DNA of 64,000 nucleotides from a virus (Duplodnaviria; Caudoviricetes): IMG/VR virus record IMGVR_UViG_3300042196_000418; one strand, 5' to 3'. Shown piece by piece: positions 1 to 9,414 of this stretch (position 1 is its first letter; each line of letters starts with the position of its first letter). The notes under the pieces were generated by a model. It saw only the letters and a program-made list of their open reading frames with translations, ran no database searches and was not told where the DNA came from. The position numbers and the translations under genes were made by a program.

Positions 1-45
1 GAACTACCCGGGGTCGACGATCGCGCAGTTACGCGCGGGCGCGAA

Positions 46-61
46 CGGCACGCGAGATGCT
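46..61 (+). promoter_or_regulatory. sigma54-type -24/-12 promoter P1
   Basis: CGGCACGCGAGATGCT (GG-N10-GC); truncated upstream box half ACCC at 6-9; ATG at 75. Confidence 0.7.
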
Positions 62-74
62 CATGTCTTGGAGC

Positions 75-449
75 ATGAACGAGCCTGTCGACCTCCAGCC
101 CTCGATCGAGAAGTTTGGCCGCGAGACCTGGGAGGTCAAGCGCATGCGCCTCGACGCAGAGTGGGCGCCGCTCGTCGACGAGAAGAACCGCAAGGTGCAT
201 GGCTGGGCGCATATCGAAGAGATCCCGGCGCGCATGCTGGGCCGCGTGCTCGAAAGCGGCTCGACGCGCTGGACCCTCAGCTCCAAGCCGTTCGGCGTCC
301 AGCTCATCGCGACCCGCGACAACAAGGGCTTCGGAGCGAGCCCTCCCACGACCTGGTACGCGACCCGCGAGGACGCGCTCGCGGGCGCTCGCAAGGCGCT
401 CGTCCGGCAGGGCAGACGCTACGCGAAGAAGTACGGAGGCGCGTCGTGA
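75..449 (+). CDS. hypothetical protein
   Basis: ORF 57..449; ATG 75 chosen because it lies just after the promoter. Confidence 0.65.
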   Translation: MNEPVDLQPSIEKFGRETWEVKRMRLDAEWAPLVDEKNRKVHGWAHIEEIPARMLGRVLESGSTRWTLSSKPFGVQLIATRDNKGFGASPPTTWYATREDALAGARKALVRQGRRYAKKYGGAS

Positions 450-742
450 TCACCGACGACCAGCTCAAGGCCATGAACCCGGAGATGGCCGCGATGTGGA
501 TCGTCGGCTCCGCCGCTTCGTTGTCCAAGCCGCAGTACCAGGCGCTCGTGATCGCGTGTCGCAACGGCGGTTACGTCGAGGCGGGCGGCGTCGAACGCGT
601 CTCAGCCGCGGCACTGCTCGCGCTTGCCCGCCGCGGCTACCTCGCCCGCTGCTATGGCACGGAGGGCGGCCTCGCCGGCCGGCTCTCGGAGCGTGCCCGA
701 ACGCGCCTCGCTGACGTCGCACCGAAAGGACAGGTTCCGTGA
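446..742 (+). CDS. small protein, ITDDQL N-terminus, winged-helix-like C-terminus
   Basis: GTGA overlap; VITDDQLK...ALARRGYL. Confidence 0.6.
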   Translation: MITDDQLKAMNPEMAAMWIVGSAASLSKPQYQALVIACRNGGYVEAGGVERVSAAALLALARRGYLARCYGTEGGLAGRLSERARTRLADVAPKGQVP

Positions 743-1032
743 ACAGCCTCACCGGCATGGATGCAGAGCTGGCCCGGAGCAAGCGTGCTCGCGTACGCCG
801 CAAGCGCTCCACGACCGTCGTGTTTCAACGAATCCACAAGGGGCTGTACATCAGCCACGAGTACGGCATGACGCTCAGCCACGAGGCAACGTGGTCTCGT
901 GACGCGGGCCGCAAGTGGGAGCTGACGTTCAAGCTCAGCTACATGGGCTTGATGGAGTCGTCGACGCACCGCAAGAAGTTCGACACCATCAAAGAGGCGC
1001 GCGCCTACGCAAACGCGTTGGTGCGGAAGTAA
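739..1032 (+). CDS. hypothetical protein
   Basis: GTGA-coupled ORF. Confidence 0.6.
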   Translation: MNSLTGMDAELARSKRARVRRKRSTTVVFQRIHKGLYISHEYGMTLSHEATWSRDAGRKWELTFKLSYMGLMESSTHRKKFDTIKEARAYANALVRK

Positions 1033-1035
1033 CCC

Positions 1036-1497
1036 GTGGCGCCGTCCGTCGAATTTGTCTGTCCAACCTGCGACGCCCAAACCGGCGAACCGTGCCGCTC
1101 TGTGGCTCCGCGATCGATCCGCAACCGCACGAAGTACGACACGCCAAAGGCCCTCAAGAAACTCCACGCCAACCGCGTGGCTCGTTGCTACCGCGCACCA
1201 ATGGCGCCTGTGACGGCGTGCGGTCAGCGCGGTGGCGCCGACTCCGAGCATTGGAACGACGTCCGATGCGCCACCTGCCTGGCCAAGCAGCCCGAGATCG
1301 CGCTCCACTACGCGCGCTACTGCGGCACCGAGTTCGAAGCGAACCTCGAAAATTCACGGATGCACGACTACTTCGACGACTGTGCCCAACAGTGGGGCTT
1401 CGAGGACTGGACTGCACTCCCTAACGACAAGCAGCTCTTGGTGCGCAAGGCGTTCGACGAAGGCCGCCGCGCCGAGCGCGCCCTGAGGAGCGGTTAA
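1036..1497 (+). CDS. phage-type zinc-finger protein
   Basis: CPTCDAQTGEPC...HANR and CATC motifs. Confidence 0.55.
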   Translation: MAPSVEFVCPTCDAQTGEPCRSVAPRSIRNRTKYDTPKALKKLHANRVARCYRAPMAPVTACGQRGGADSEHWNDVRCATCLAKQPEIALHYARYCGTEFEANLENSRMHDYFDDCAQQWGFEDWTALPNDKQLLVRKAFDEGRRAERALRSG

Positions 1498-1505
1498 CCC
1501 GTGAT

Positions 1506-1636
1506 GGGTGCACAGATACCCGTGTCTTGGACGCCTCGGGCGCCTCGGATTTGCCGTCGTACAGAGACGGGTATCGATGCACCCAGGCTCACGCATCGCA
1601 CACTTGAAGGAACGGTAGAGCGGCACGTGAACTGCT
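1506..1636 (+). promoter_or_regulatory. promoter P2: two GGGT-N8-ACCC boxes plus sigma54-type core
   Basis: boxes 1506-1521 and 1569-1584; ACTT 1602; CGGCACGTGAACTGCT 1621-1636; ATG 1650. Confidence 0.8.
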
Positions 1637-1649
1637 TTACAGAAGCCTC

Positions 1650-1883
1650 ATGAAAGCAACCCCGTTCCATACGTCGCGCTGCTACGCCTGCGACGACAAG
1701 GCGTGCGGCGTTCGCGATCGACGTCCCGAGGGCGGCTTGATCGAAGCCGCCTGCAAGCGCCACGCGGATCCGTCGATCCCGGCCTATCTCGCGTGCATGT
1801 TCTGCTCGGGCCCGCGCCCGTCGCTCCTGATCGACGGCAGCTTCGCCCACAAGAGCTGCCACACCGCGCAGGTGCAGTCGTGA
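1650..1883 (+). CDS. small Cys-rich protein
   Basis: CYAC, CMFC, HKSC motifs; directly after P2. Confidence 0.6.
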   Translation: MKATPFHTSRCYACDDKACGVRDRRPEGGLIEAACKRHADPSIPAYLACMFCSGPRPSLLIDGSFAHKSCHTAQVQS

Positions 1884-2479
1884 CGCCCCCGAGCGAAGTC
1901 GTGAAGGCGCGCAACGGCGCATGGACGCCGTGGGCAGCCGTGCTGTGCGTCGAGTGCGAATTCGCCGACCTCAAGAGCACCTCGCACAGCGAGTTCTACG
2001 CCAGACGCCTCCAAGTCGTCGCCGCGCTCGCACGCACGGAAACGGTCGAACAGCCCGATGGCGACTTGCTCGGGATCTGCAACAACTGCCAGTGCACGTG
2101 CTGGGTGCGTGATGACGTCGCCCTGTTGCAGCAGGTCGGCTTCAAGGCGTCCGATCTGGACTGGGAAGGTCCGTTCGGGTGGGCGTTGCAGCAGACCGGT
2201 GGCATGTGCGCCGCGCTCGTGTTCACAGCCGACAAGCGCGAGATCGTCGTCACCGCGATGGACGGCGAATTCTACGTTGGCGAGTACGTGCAGCCCGAAA
2301 ACGAGGACGAGCAGTGCTGGGACTCCGCGCTTCGCATGTGGAAGTCGGAAGTGTTCTACGTAGACGGCGAGATGAAGAGCAGGGACGCGCTGACGGCCAT
2401 GGTCGAAGAGTGCGCGCGCAAGGCGATCGAGTTCATTCGCCAGCCGGTCGCAACCGCACCGAAGGAGCTGACACGATGA
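1880..2479 (+). CDS. hypothetical protein (QTGGMC motif)
   Basis: GTGA-coupled ORF. Confidence 0.65.
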   Translation: MTPPSEVVKARNGAWTPWAAVLCVECEFADLKSTSHSEFYARRLQVVAALARTETVEQPDGDLLGICNNCQCTCWVRDDVALLQQVGFKASDLDWEGPFGWALQQTGGMCAALVFTADKREIVVTAMDGEFYVGEYVQPENEDEQCWDSALRMWKSEVFYVDGEMKSRDALTAMVEECARKAIEFIRQPVATAPKELTR

Positions 2480-2898
2480 CCGCCCCATGCGAGCACGAGA
2501 ACGCCGACCACCTGATGCCCGGGCAGTCGTTCGCCAATCCCCGCGACACGTACTTCGCCTCGTACATCGTACTCGTCGAGCAGGTCCGCTGCCTCGACTG
2601 CGGCGCGTGGCTGAGCCTCGGCCCGGCGAACGATGGTGGCAAGCACGCACAGCAAGTTGCCGTGGAGCTACGTGCCGCCGCGCTGGCCGTGCACCTTGTC
2701 GAGCACGGCAACTTCGTCGGATGTGCCAGTGCCGAGGAAATGAACGGTTGGTTCGAGCACTACCTGGATCGCGACACCCGCTATCGCGTAAACGCCGACG
2801 AGAAGCGACGCAAGGCGCAGGCTGGTTATCTGACGCGCGCGATAGTCAACCACGACGACGAACAGGCGCCACACCACCTAGCGCGTGGTGCAGCGTGA
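2476..2898 (+). CDS. hypothetical Zn-ribbon protein
   Basis: SD AAGGAG, ATGA overlap; CEH...CLDC. Confidence 0.6.
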   Translation: MTAPCEHENADHLMPGQSFANPRDTYFASYIVLVEQVRCLDCGAWLSLGPANDGGKHAQQVAVELRAAALAVHLVEHGNFVGCASAEEMNGWFEHYLDRDTRYRVNADEKRRKAQAGYLTRAIVNHDDEQAPHHLARGAA

Positions 2899-3158
2899 GG
2901 GAGTCCAGGGCCCGGAGCGCGGCAGAACTCGCAGCTCAGGAGACCCGTGAGCGGGCGATGTACGGCTGCACGGAGGCGTCGATCGACCAAGCTCTCACGG
3001 GCAAAGAACCGCGCGACATCGCGATGTACGCGATGAGCGTTCTGTCCGACGCCCAAGAGCAGCTCCGCGAAGTCCCCGTCTCGGACCGTGCTACCGACAC
3101 GGCTCGCATGCTCATGAACGTGGCGAAGTACGCCATCGACAAGGCCGTGCCGCGATGA
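2895..3158 (+). CDS. hypothetical protein
   Basis: GTGA-coupled ORF. Confidence 0.6.
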   Translation: MRESRARSAAELAAQETRERAMYGCTEASIDQALTGKEPRDIAMYAMSVLSDAQEQLREVPVSDRATDTARMLMNVAKYAIDKAVPR

Positions 3159-3400
3159 TCACCAGCCTTCAAGCTCTGCGCGATCTGTTCGCGAAACACT
3201 GCGCGTGCAGGCCGCTCGACGTCACTCGGGATCCTGCCGATCACGGCCACGCCTGCCTCCCGGAGGTACTCGCCGACATTCAGCTGGTCTTGCGCTTCGA
3301 TACCAGCTCCGAGCAAGCCCGGCTCGAACGCTATGCAGCTGTCAAGCGCTGCGATCGCTACGCGGAGGGTGACTACTCCGCCCTCGGAACCATTCACTAG
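3155..3400 (+). CDS. small protein related to 5135..5428
   Basis: RDLFAKHCACRPLDV vs RELFARHCKCRPLDV. Confidence 0.6.
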   Translation: MITSLQALRDLFAKHCACRPLDVTRDPADHGHACLPEVLADIQLVLRFDTSSEQARLERYAAVKRCDRYAEGDYSALGTIH

Positions 3401-3408
3401 GCGCGGCA

Positions 3409-3738
3409 ATGAACTACGAAGTGAATTACCCGATGAAGCACGGTGACCGGTGTCCGTATTGCCAGCAGGTGCTCCACGTCGAAAACGACGTCTTCGAGTG
3501 CGGCGGCGAGGGCGAGGGCTGCTGCTCCATCTGGAGTGCGATCTACGCCTTCGGCCACGCCGTCAACCGGCGGCAGAGATCCACCACGCTCGACGTCGAG
3601 CTGTGGATCGGCGAATGGCTCGACGAGTGGCTCGCCGCTGAAGTCGGTCAGAGTTGGTCCGAGATCGGCTGGGATCGCGACGTGCACCTGCGCGGTGTGC
3701 GTGAGACGTGGGATCTGCACGCAAAGGCGGCTCCATGA
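3409..3738 (+). CDS. hypothetical Cys-rich protein
   Basis: CPYC...C...C motifs. Confidence 0.55.
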   Translation: MNYEVNYPMKHGDRCPYCQQVLHVENDVFECGGEGEGCCSIWSAIYAFGHAVNRRQRSTTLDVELWIGEWLDEWLAAEVGQSWSEIGWDRDVHLRGVRETWDLHAKAAP

Positions 3739-3866
3739 TCCGGCGTTTCTTTTGCTGGCTTGTCGGGCACGCCTGGCGAGCGGGTCACTGCCATGGCTGG
3801 TCCGGCATCGTCGAACGCCAATGCCGCCGCTGCCAGCGCAACGAGTTCACGCAGTTCGACTTCTAG
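3735..3866 (+). CDS. DUF1660-like small phage protein (43 aa, not in ORF track)
   Basis: MIRRFFCWLVGHAW...CRRC; ATGA overlap. Confidence 0.55.
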   Translation: MIRRFFCWLVGHAWRAGHCHGWSGIVERQCRRCQRNEFTQFDF

Positions 3867-3875
3867 GAGGAGCCC

Positions 3876-4103
3876 ATGAAGACAACCACACTGCCGCAGT
3901 TTCTAACGGACGCGCAGATCGCCAAGGCGACGAAGCTGTACGAGGCCCACGGCATGGACGCCGTAGCCGCGATCCAGGCCCAGGTGATCGAGCCGAACAT
4001 GGCCGCGATCAACCAGAAGCTCGGCCAGGAGAACGACGCGCGCTACCTCGCGTATGCGGTCGTGCACGCGTGCTCCCAGGTGGAAGAGGAGCGCTGGTCG
4101 TAA
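3876..4103 (+). CDS. hypothetical protein
   Basis: strong SD AGGAGGAG upstream. Confidence 0.65.
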   Translation: MKTTTLPQFLTDAQIAKATKLYEAHGMDAVAAIQAQVIEPNMAAINQKLGQENDARYLAYAVVHACSQVEEERWS

Positions 4104-4105
4104 CA

Positions 4106-4477
4106 GTGTCTAGCGCCGCGCAGATCCGGGCCCTCGTCGATGACGCGAAGGCGTACGCACTACAGCGAGACAATAGTCGCTTCCCAGCGCGCTTCGCGCT
4201 CGTGTCCGCGAAGCGCTTCCCGGAGTTCAAAACGGGTGCGTTCGCGGCGGAATGTGTCAACGCTCACCCCTTAACACTCGCGATTTCGTGCGACGTCATG
4301 AAGGTCGTGAAAGTCATCTCCAAGAGTCGTGGCTGCATCGCTGCCGAATGGCTCCTGGACCATCCGAACGAAAGCGTGGCATCGGTTGCTCGGATCTTCG
4401 GCCTTACCAGACAGTGCGTACATCGAGCGCTGAAGGATCTCCACTCGTCCATGTCCGCGGACCGCGGTGGCATCTAG
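4106..4477 (+). CDS. HTH-domain protein
   Basis: C-terminal SVASVARIFGLTRQCVHRALK. Confidence 0.55.
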   Translation: MSSAAQIRALVDDAKAYALQRDNSRFPARFALVSAKRFPEFKTGAFAAECVNAHPLTLAISCDVMKVVKVISKSRGCIAAEWLLDHPNESVASVARIFGLTRQCVHRALKDLHSSMSADRGGI

Positions 4478-4507
4478 GTGCAATCCGGATCAGCGCTCGA
4501 CGTGACT

Positions 4508-4629
4508 GGGTGCTCAGATACCCGTATCTTGCGCGCCGCGGGTGTGAATGCAAAACATCCGAGTGCAAATGTACCCAGGTTCTGGTATCCGCGGACTTAC
4601 GCACGAACCGCGACGGCACGCGATCTGCT
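4508..4629 (+). promoter_or_regulatory. promoter P3: boxes plus sigma54-type core
   Basis: GGGT-N8-ACCC 4508, GAGT-N8-ACCC 4561, ACTT 4595, CGGCACGCGATCTGCT 4614-4629. Confidence 0.8.
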
Positions 4630-4648
4630 CTACGAAGACGTCACGCCC

Positions 4649-4888
4649 ATGAACATCCACGAGACCGGGCACACGATCACCGACGAACAGATCCGCGAGC
4701 TGCGCAACCTCCTGTTCCAAGAATCGGGCAACCAGATGACCAACGACACCGACGCTTGCGGGATGGCACTCATCGATCCGGATGAGCAGCGGTTCCGTGA
4801 TGTTGCAGACGTCGCGAAAAGTGTTCGCGAAATGTGCCGCGCGCGCTGCGCCGAGATCCTCAACGCCCGCGCCCAGGAGACCAAGTAG
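4649..4888 (+). CDS. TITDEQIR-family protein
   Basis: HTITDEQIRELR...CGMAL...RARCAEILNAR. Confidence 0.75.
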   Translation: MNIHETGHTITDEQIRELRNLLFQESGNQMTNDTDACGMALIDPDEQRFRDVADVAKSVREMCRARCAEILNARAQETK

Positions 4889-5143
4889 ATGGCGACCCCG
4901 CCGCGGAAGCTCCCCTCGATCGCTGTCCTTGTCAACCGCTGCCTGCCGTTTCATCGCCGCATCCTCGTGGCACTCGCGGCCGGCAACTTCATCGTTGATC
5001 CGTCGTGGAGCGCAGGCGAGCACCGCGGCCTTCAGACGGCGCGCAAGACGCTGGCCCGCTGGGGCTGTGTTGACGCGACCGACAAGCTCACCGATCACGG
5101 CGCCGCCCTGCTCGTCGCGCTGGAGACCAAGTAGATGGCGACC
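4876..5143 (+). repeat. 22-bp direct repeat at gene junctions
   Basis: GGAGACCAAGTAGATGGCGACC at 4876-4897 and 5122-5143. Confidence 0.9.
4889..5134 (+). CDS. small winged-helix-like protein
   Basis: TLARWGCV...LTDHGAALL; flanked by a 22-bp direct repeat. Confidence 0.6.
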   Translation: MATPPRKLPSIAVLVNRCLPFHRRILVALAAGNFIVDPSWSAGEHRGLQTARKTLARWGCVDATDKLTDHGAALLVALETK

Positions 5144-5428
5144 GACGACGTGCAGATCGCCGCGAACGAAGCGCGATTGGCGGCCGAGCGTGGCGTGGAC
5201 GTCACCGCCGACACGATCACGGACAAGCAGATCCGCGAGCTGTTTGCGCGGCACTGCAAGTGCCGGCCGCTTGATGTCGATCGCGCCTCTCATTCCCACG
5301 ACTGCGACACTGGGATCACCGAGACGTGTCTTGCGGCGCTCGGTGGCCAACCGCTCTGGCCGGACTGCATGCGCGCCGCTCGCGCTTGCTGCGCCGAGAT
5401 CCTCAACGCCCGTACGAAAGGACCGTGA
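5135..5428 (+). CDS. TITDEQIR-family protein
   Basis: DTITDKQIRELF...CLAALG...ARACCAEILNAR. Confidence 0.75.
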   Translation: MATDDVQIAANEARLAAERGVDVTADTITDKQIRELFARHCKCRPLDVDRASHSHDCDTGITETCLAALGGQPLWPDCMRAARACCAEILNARTKGP

Positions 5429-5922
5429 TGGCTATGTCCGACCGCGCCACCGCGCCCGAACTCGCGCTCGATCTCTCCGAGCCCGACGAGATGATCAACA
5501 AACGCTTGCGCGCGCTCTACGCCAAGTATCCAGGCATGTGGTGGGAGCTAGAGCCGGACGCAAGGAGCGGCTATGTCTACTCCGGCAGCATCACGTCGAT
5601 CCTCGGAGAACGCTCCCGTGATCGCGTGCTCGCCCGCCTGGTCGACGACAACACCGGCAGCGACATCAAGCGCGAGCTGGAAACCGTCAAGCTGGAGGTC
5701 TCGCGCACGTTCACGGCACTGACCAAGGCTCGCGCGAAGTTCAACCGATGCAGCAGGCCCGAGAGCCGCGAGGCCGCGCGTATCGCCATGACCTCCGCCG
5801 AGGCCGCATATCGCGAGGTCTCCGATCAGAGAGATCGCCTCGTCGAGCTACGCAACGCCCAGCAGACACAGCGCGGCGGTCAGCCGACGATCTCGCATGA
5901 CGGTCCGGTGGTGAAGCTGTGA
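5425..5922 (+). CDS. hypothetical coiled-coil protein
   Basis: GTGA-coupled ORF. Confidence 0.6.
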   Translation: MMAMSDRATAPELALDLSEPDEMINKRLRALYAKYPGMWWELEPDARSGYVYSGSITSILGERSRDRVLARLVDDNTGSDIKRELETVKLEVSRTFTALTKARAKFNRCSRPESREAARIAMTSAEAAYREVSDQRDRLVELRNAQQTQRGGQPTISHDGPVVKL

Positions 5923-6182
5923 GCGCCACGTTCGACAAGATCGTGGCACTCGATCCGCAGGAACTGCACCGCTTCGCCGAACAGGCAGCGAAAGGCGGCT
6001 GGGGTGAAGCGTCGCACCTTGCACGCGCGTACCTGCGCCTCCACGCAGCCGCCCGTACCCTCGCGGAAGCAGTGCCTCATTGCCTGATGTGCAGGGACTG
6101 CGGTGACGGTCCTTGCTGCAACGACTGCGGAATTGCTGTCGCCACGGAGGCGCTAGGCAAGCTGCTCGGAGGTCCAGCGTGA
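5919..6182 (+). CDS. small Cys-rich protein
   Basis: CLMCRDC...CCNDC. Confidence 0.6.
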   Translation: MSATFDKIVALDPQELHRFAEQAAKGGWGEASHLARAYLRLHAAARTLAEAVPHCLMCRDCGDGPCCNDCGIAVATEALGKLLGGPA

Positions 6183-6949
6183 CCCTGACGGGATACACGA
6201 TCACGGACGACCAGATCCGCGCGCTACGTGACAGCTGCGGACCAAGTAGTCCCTACCGTATTCACTGCGGCATCGCCCTGGGTGAAACAGCTGGAGCTCT
6301 ATGGGGCGCCACCCGCGACTCGGCTCGTGCCCGTTGCGCCGAGATTATCAACGCCCACGCAGCGTGCTCCCACGAACGTATCGAATGGCTGCCCTTGACC
6401 TACGGACCGCACCAGCGTGGTTGTTCCGTGTGCGCTTCGTGCGGAGCCGAATTCGCAGAGAACCTTCGACGTGGCATTCCTGCCACGAAAAGCCTCGGAC
6501 ACGGCGTTGCTCCGAAACCGAGCGCGGTCCCGTTTCCTGTCGGCCTGCGCGGTAGGCGGCGAAAGATCTTCATCATCGACTCGACAACGAAGGACAGGCT
6601 GGACTCTATGGCGGAGGCCGCAGCCCGCCGCTTCGCGTTCGAGCCGGTAGCGCACCACTACAAGGCCAGCTCGCTTCTTCAGCGCATCCCTGTGATCCGC
6701 GCCGACCAGCGCCAGCCGATCGCCGTGGTGCACACGCCTAGCGCCGATCCGCGCCACATGGCGCACTACCTCGCGTCGCGGACGCTGCTCACCGAAGCCG
6801 AGCGCGCCGAGCTTGATCGTTCTCAGCCCCAGACGATTCGAGCGCTGATCGCCGGGTGCGCAACGCGAAGCATTCCCCACGCCGCGCAGATGCTGCGATC
6901 GGTGTTGACACGGCCGGATCCCCCGCGCGCTCCGGGTGACACCAAATGA
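6179..6949 (+). CDS. TITDEQIR-family protein with C-terminal extension
   Basis: YTITDDQIRALR...CGIALG...ARARCAEIINA, then CSH...CASC. Confidence 0.65.
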   Translation: MTLTGYTITDDQIRALRDSCGPSSPYRIHCGIALGETAGALWGATRDSARARCAEIINAHAACSHERIEWLPLTYGPHQRGCSVCASCGAEFAENLRRGIPATKSLGHGVAPKPSAVPFPVGLRGRRRKIFIIDSTTKDRLDSMAEAAARRFAFEPVAHHYKASSLLQRIPVIRADQRQPIAVVHTPSADPRHMAHYLASRTLLTEAERAELDRSQPQTIRALIAGCATRSIPHAAQMLRSVLTRPDPPRAPGDTK

Positions 6950-7020
6950 CCACGGTCACGTGTAACGGCACGTGCTGTACAGCGTGCGCCGAGCCCGTCG
7001 ACGAGGAAGGTGAAGGCTGA
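6946..7020 (+). CDS. 24-aa Cys-rich mini-ORF (possibly truncated)
   Basis: MTTVTCNGTCCTACAEPVDEEGEG*; homologous to the C-terminus of 12055..12360. Confidence 0.5.
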   Translation: MTTVTCNGTCCTACAEPVDEEGEG

Positions 7021-7292
7021 TGCTGAACACGAAGGTCACTGGAGACACGATCACCGACGAGCAGCTCCGCGCGCAGTTGGATCGCGCGGAGATAGACCTC
7101 GTCTACGAGAACCGCTGGTGGAAGGACAACAAGCACCTATCCAACAACTCGCGAGCGCACGACGAGGCCGTGCGCTCGCTGCGAGAGATTATCGAGGTGT
7201 GTAAGAGCGCCCTCAATCCGCAGTGCCATGCGACAAGGCGAATTGAAGCCCGCGCCCGCTGTGCCGTGATCCTCAACATGAGGACAACGTGA
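7020..7292 (+). CDS. TITDEQIR-family protein
   Basis: DTITDEQLRAQ...CKSALN...ARARCAVILN. Confidence 0.75.
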   Translation: MLNTKVTGDTITDEQLRAQLDRAEIDLVYENRWWKDNKHLSNNSRAHDEAVRSLREIIEVCKSALNPQCHATRRIEARARCAVILNMRTT

Positions 7293-7295
7293 AGC

Positions 7296-7610
7296 ATGCC
7301 GGCACGAAAGAACAAGCCTGGAAAATACGGCGTCACTGTCGATGCCAAGCGACGCAAGGACGTTCAGTTCGATCACGCCCGCGCCGAACATGCATTGGTC
7401 GACAGACTGATCGTTCAGGAACGGGAGGATCCGTTCCGCTTCCACTATGTCGGTTGGCCAGACATGGTCGCCGCGCGACGTCTCGAAAAGAGCGGCTATC
7501 TCGTCGAAGGGGCTTCGTCGCTGGGATGCTTTCGGCTGACAGACGCCTTTCGTCGAACCTTCAAGGAGCTCTCGACATGCGCCAGCTCCCGTTTCTCGAG
7601 GGACGCGTGA
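7296..7610 (+). CDS. small winged-helix-like protein
   Basis: RRLEKSGYL...FRLTD. Confidence 0.5.
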   Translation: MPARKNKPGKYGVTVDAKRRKDVQFDHARAEHALVDRLIVQEREDPFRFHYVGWPDMVAARRLEKSGYLVEGASSLGCFRLTDAFRRTFKELSTCASSRFSRDA

Positions 7611-7752
7611 CCCCGAAAAATCCCATCACCTTCCGCCAGTTTCTCCGCGTCGTGGTCGGCGTGACGTACCGCCAGGTCGTGCACTCGGTGCGCCGTCCAC
7701 TGCGTCGACTCTGGAAAGGCGGCGTTCGCCGCGGCTCCTACGGAGCCCGCTC

Positions 7753-8172
7753 GTGAGCAAGAACATTGCCTCACGCGACGATACGAAGCTTGTCACGGCC
7801 GACACGATCACGGACGAGCAGATCCTTGCGCTGTTCTACGCGGACGAAATCGCCGCGATCGAGCTGACCGTGGCCACGCGGCCCGGCTGGAGCGCGGAGG
7901 ATCGCCAAGAGGCACGTGCGTGCTGCGCCGTCCTGTTCAACGCACGCACGCAGCGCTTGGCCAACACGCAGACGCAACTTCTCGCTGCCGAGAAGTCCGA
8001 GGTCATCGACAAGATCATCGCCCTGCGGGTTCGCCACTACCCGCCCGCTCGCTACGACACGTCAGGCCAGGACGACGATCGCCGCGAGCTGGAGCACCTG
8101 TCGCTCGAAGGCGTCCGCAGCGTCTACAACAACGTCCGCGACATCCTCGACGAAGGAGCGAAACGCCCGTGA
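7753..8172 (+). CDS. TITDEQIR-family protein
   Basis: DTITDEQILAL...ARACCAVLFNAR plus extension. Confidence 0.7.
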   Translation: MSKNIASRDDTKLVTADTITDEQILALFYADEIAAIELTVATRPGWSAEDRQEARACCAVLFNARTQRLANTQTQLLAAEKSEVIDKIIALRVRHYPPARYDTSGQDDDRRELEHLSLEGVRSVYNNVRDILDEGAKRP

Positions 8173-8972
8173 GCGTCGAGAAAGACCTTCGGGATCTGCT
8201 CCGGTGTTGGCGAGATTTGCCCGAAGCCCCAACACCGGGCCAGATGTCCGAGGCTGAGATCTATCAAGCGAGCGTCACGTGGAACGAGAGCTACACCGCC
8301 CTCGTCGAGGCTACCGACATCATGCTCGCCGAGCCGATCGGTGCAGATGCACTCAGGGTCGAAACGCTGGAGGAGCTTGTCGAAAACACGTGCGAAGTCT
8401 GCAACGAGCGCTGTCCCCATCGTCCACTCAATCCCCTGGAGGAAGGAGAACCCAAAATGACGAATGAAGACCAGTTGAACACGGAGACGCGACGCGCTCT
8501 TGACGAGTTGCACGACCGACTTCGGCTCGGAAGTGGTAATTTTGACCTTCACTTCGGGGAGGTCGCTCGCGCGATCGAAGCAGGACTCGTCGCCCTCGCT
8601 GAGGGTTCGGCGCTAGCTGGATTGCACCGCAAGGCGCTTGCGGAGTGGGTGTCGAATGTTTTGGCAATGGTCTTGGTGTGTGATCGGTCGCCGTACACAT
8701 CATCGGGCCGGGTCGAACGTGACCGCTGGATCCGCTGGCGAGACGCTGTGGAGACCCTGCTCCAGGCAATCGACGCAAAATGCCCAGCGGCGACGCCCGG
8801 ATTTGTCGAGCAGTTCCTCGCTTCGTTGACGCCGCAGCAGGCCGAGCGGATCGCACGTCCGCTCTCCGAACAACAGAAAGATCTTCTGCAAGATCTCCTG
8901 CAACAGCATTTTCTGCAACAGGAACTGTCCAAGGCGCTCTTCGGCTGGCTCGGTGACGGCTACAAGCCATGA
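8169..8972 (+). CDS. hypothetical protein (possible fusion of two genes)
   Basis: GTGA overlap; internal SD plus ATG at 8457. Confidence 0.55.
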   Translation: MSVEKDLRDLLRCWRDLPEAPTPGQMSEAEIYQASVTWNESYTALVEATDIMLAEPIGADALRVETLEELVENTCEVCNERCPHRPLNPLEEGEPKMTNEDQLNTETRRALDELHDRLRLGSGNFDLHFGEVARAIEAGLVALAEGSALAGLHRKALAEWVSNVLAMVLVCDRSPYTSSGRVERDRWIRWRDAVETLLQAIDAKCPAATPGFVEQFLASLTPQQAERIARPLSEQQKDLLQDLLQQHFLQQELSKALFGWLGDGYKP

Positions 8973-9304
8973 GCAAACACGTTCTCGACTGGAGGATGAT
9001 CGCGCGGCACGCACTCATCGACGAAGGCTTGCGTAACGGCCGGCTGCCAGCTACGCCGGAGCCGAGGCACGTTCCGACACTGATCGAGCATCACCTCATG
9101 CTGTGTGAGCTGTACGGCGCGGACAAGCCCTTCCTCGTCACCATCGCGAAGATATGGAGCGGCCACGCCGCCCGCCACCTGGCCGACGCGTATCGACCGA
9201 AGGGACCCAGATGGGAGTTGGGAGAACCTGCCGAGCCTAAATCCTGGGTACCCAACTACCCGTGTCTCGAGCGACGCGGCTGTGGTGCCGAGGCCCTTGG
9301 GTAA
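8969..9304 (+). CDS. hypothetical protein
   Basis: ATGA overlap; 3' end runs into the promoter boxes. Confidence 0.45.
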   Translation: MSKHVLDWRMIARHALIDEGLRNGRLPATPEPRHVPTLIEHHLMLCELYGADKPFLVTIAKIWSGHAARHLADAYRPKGPRWELGEPAEPKSWVPNYPCLERRGCGAEALG

Positions 9305-9366
9305 CGCGCTACCCAGCGTGTTCGTTCGATGACTTGCAAGCACGCGCCATCGGCACGCGAACTGCT
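9246..9366 (+). promoter_or_regulatory. promoter P4: boxes plus sigma54-type core
   Basis: GGGT-N8-ACCC 9246 and 9299, ACTT 9332, CGGCACGCGAACTGCT 9351-9366. Confidence 0.85.
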
Positions 9367-9414
9367 CTATGGAGCGTCATCCCCTCTACTCACCGAAGCA
9401 TCGTGAAAGGCACC

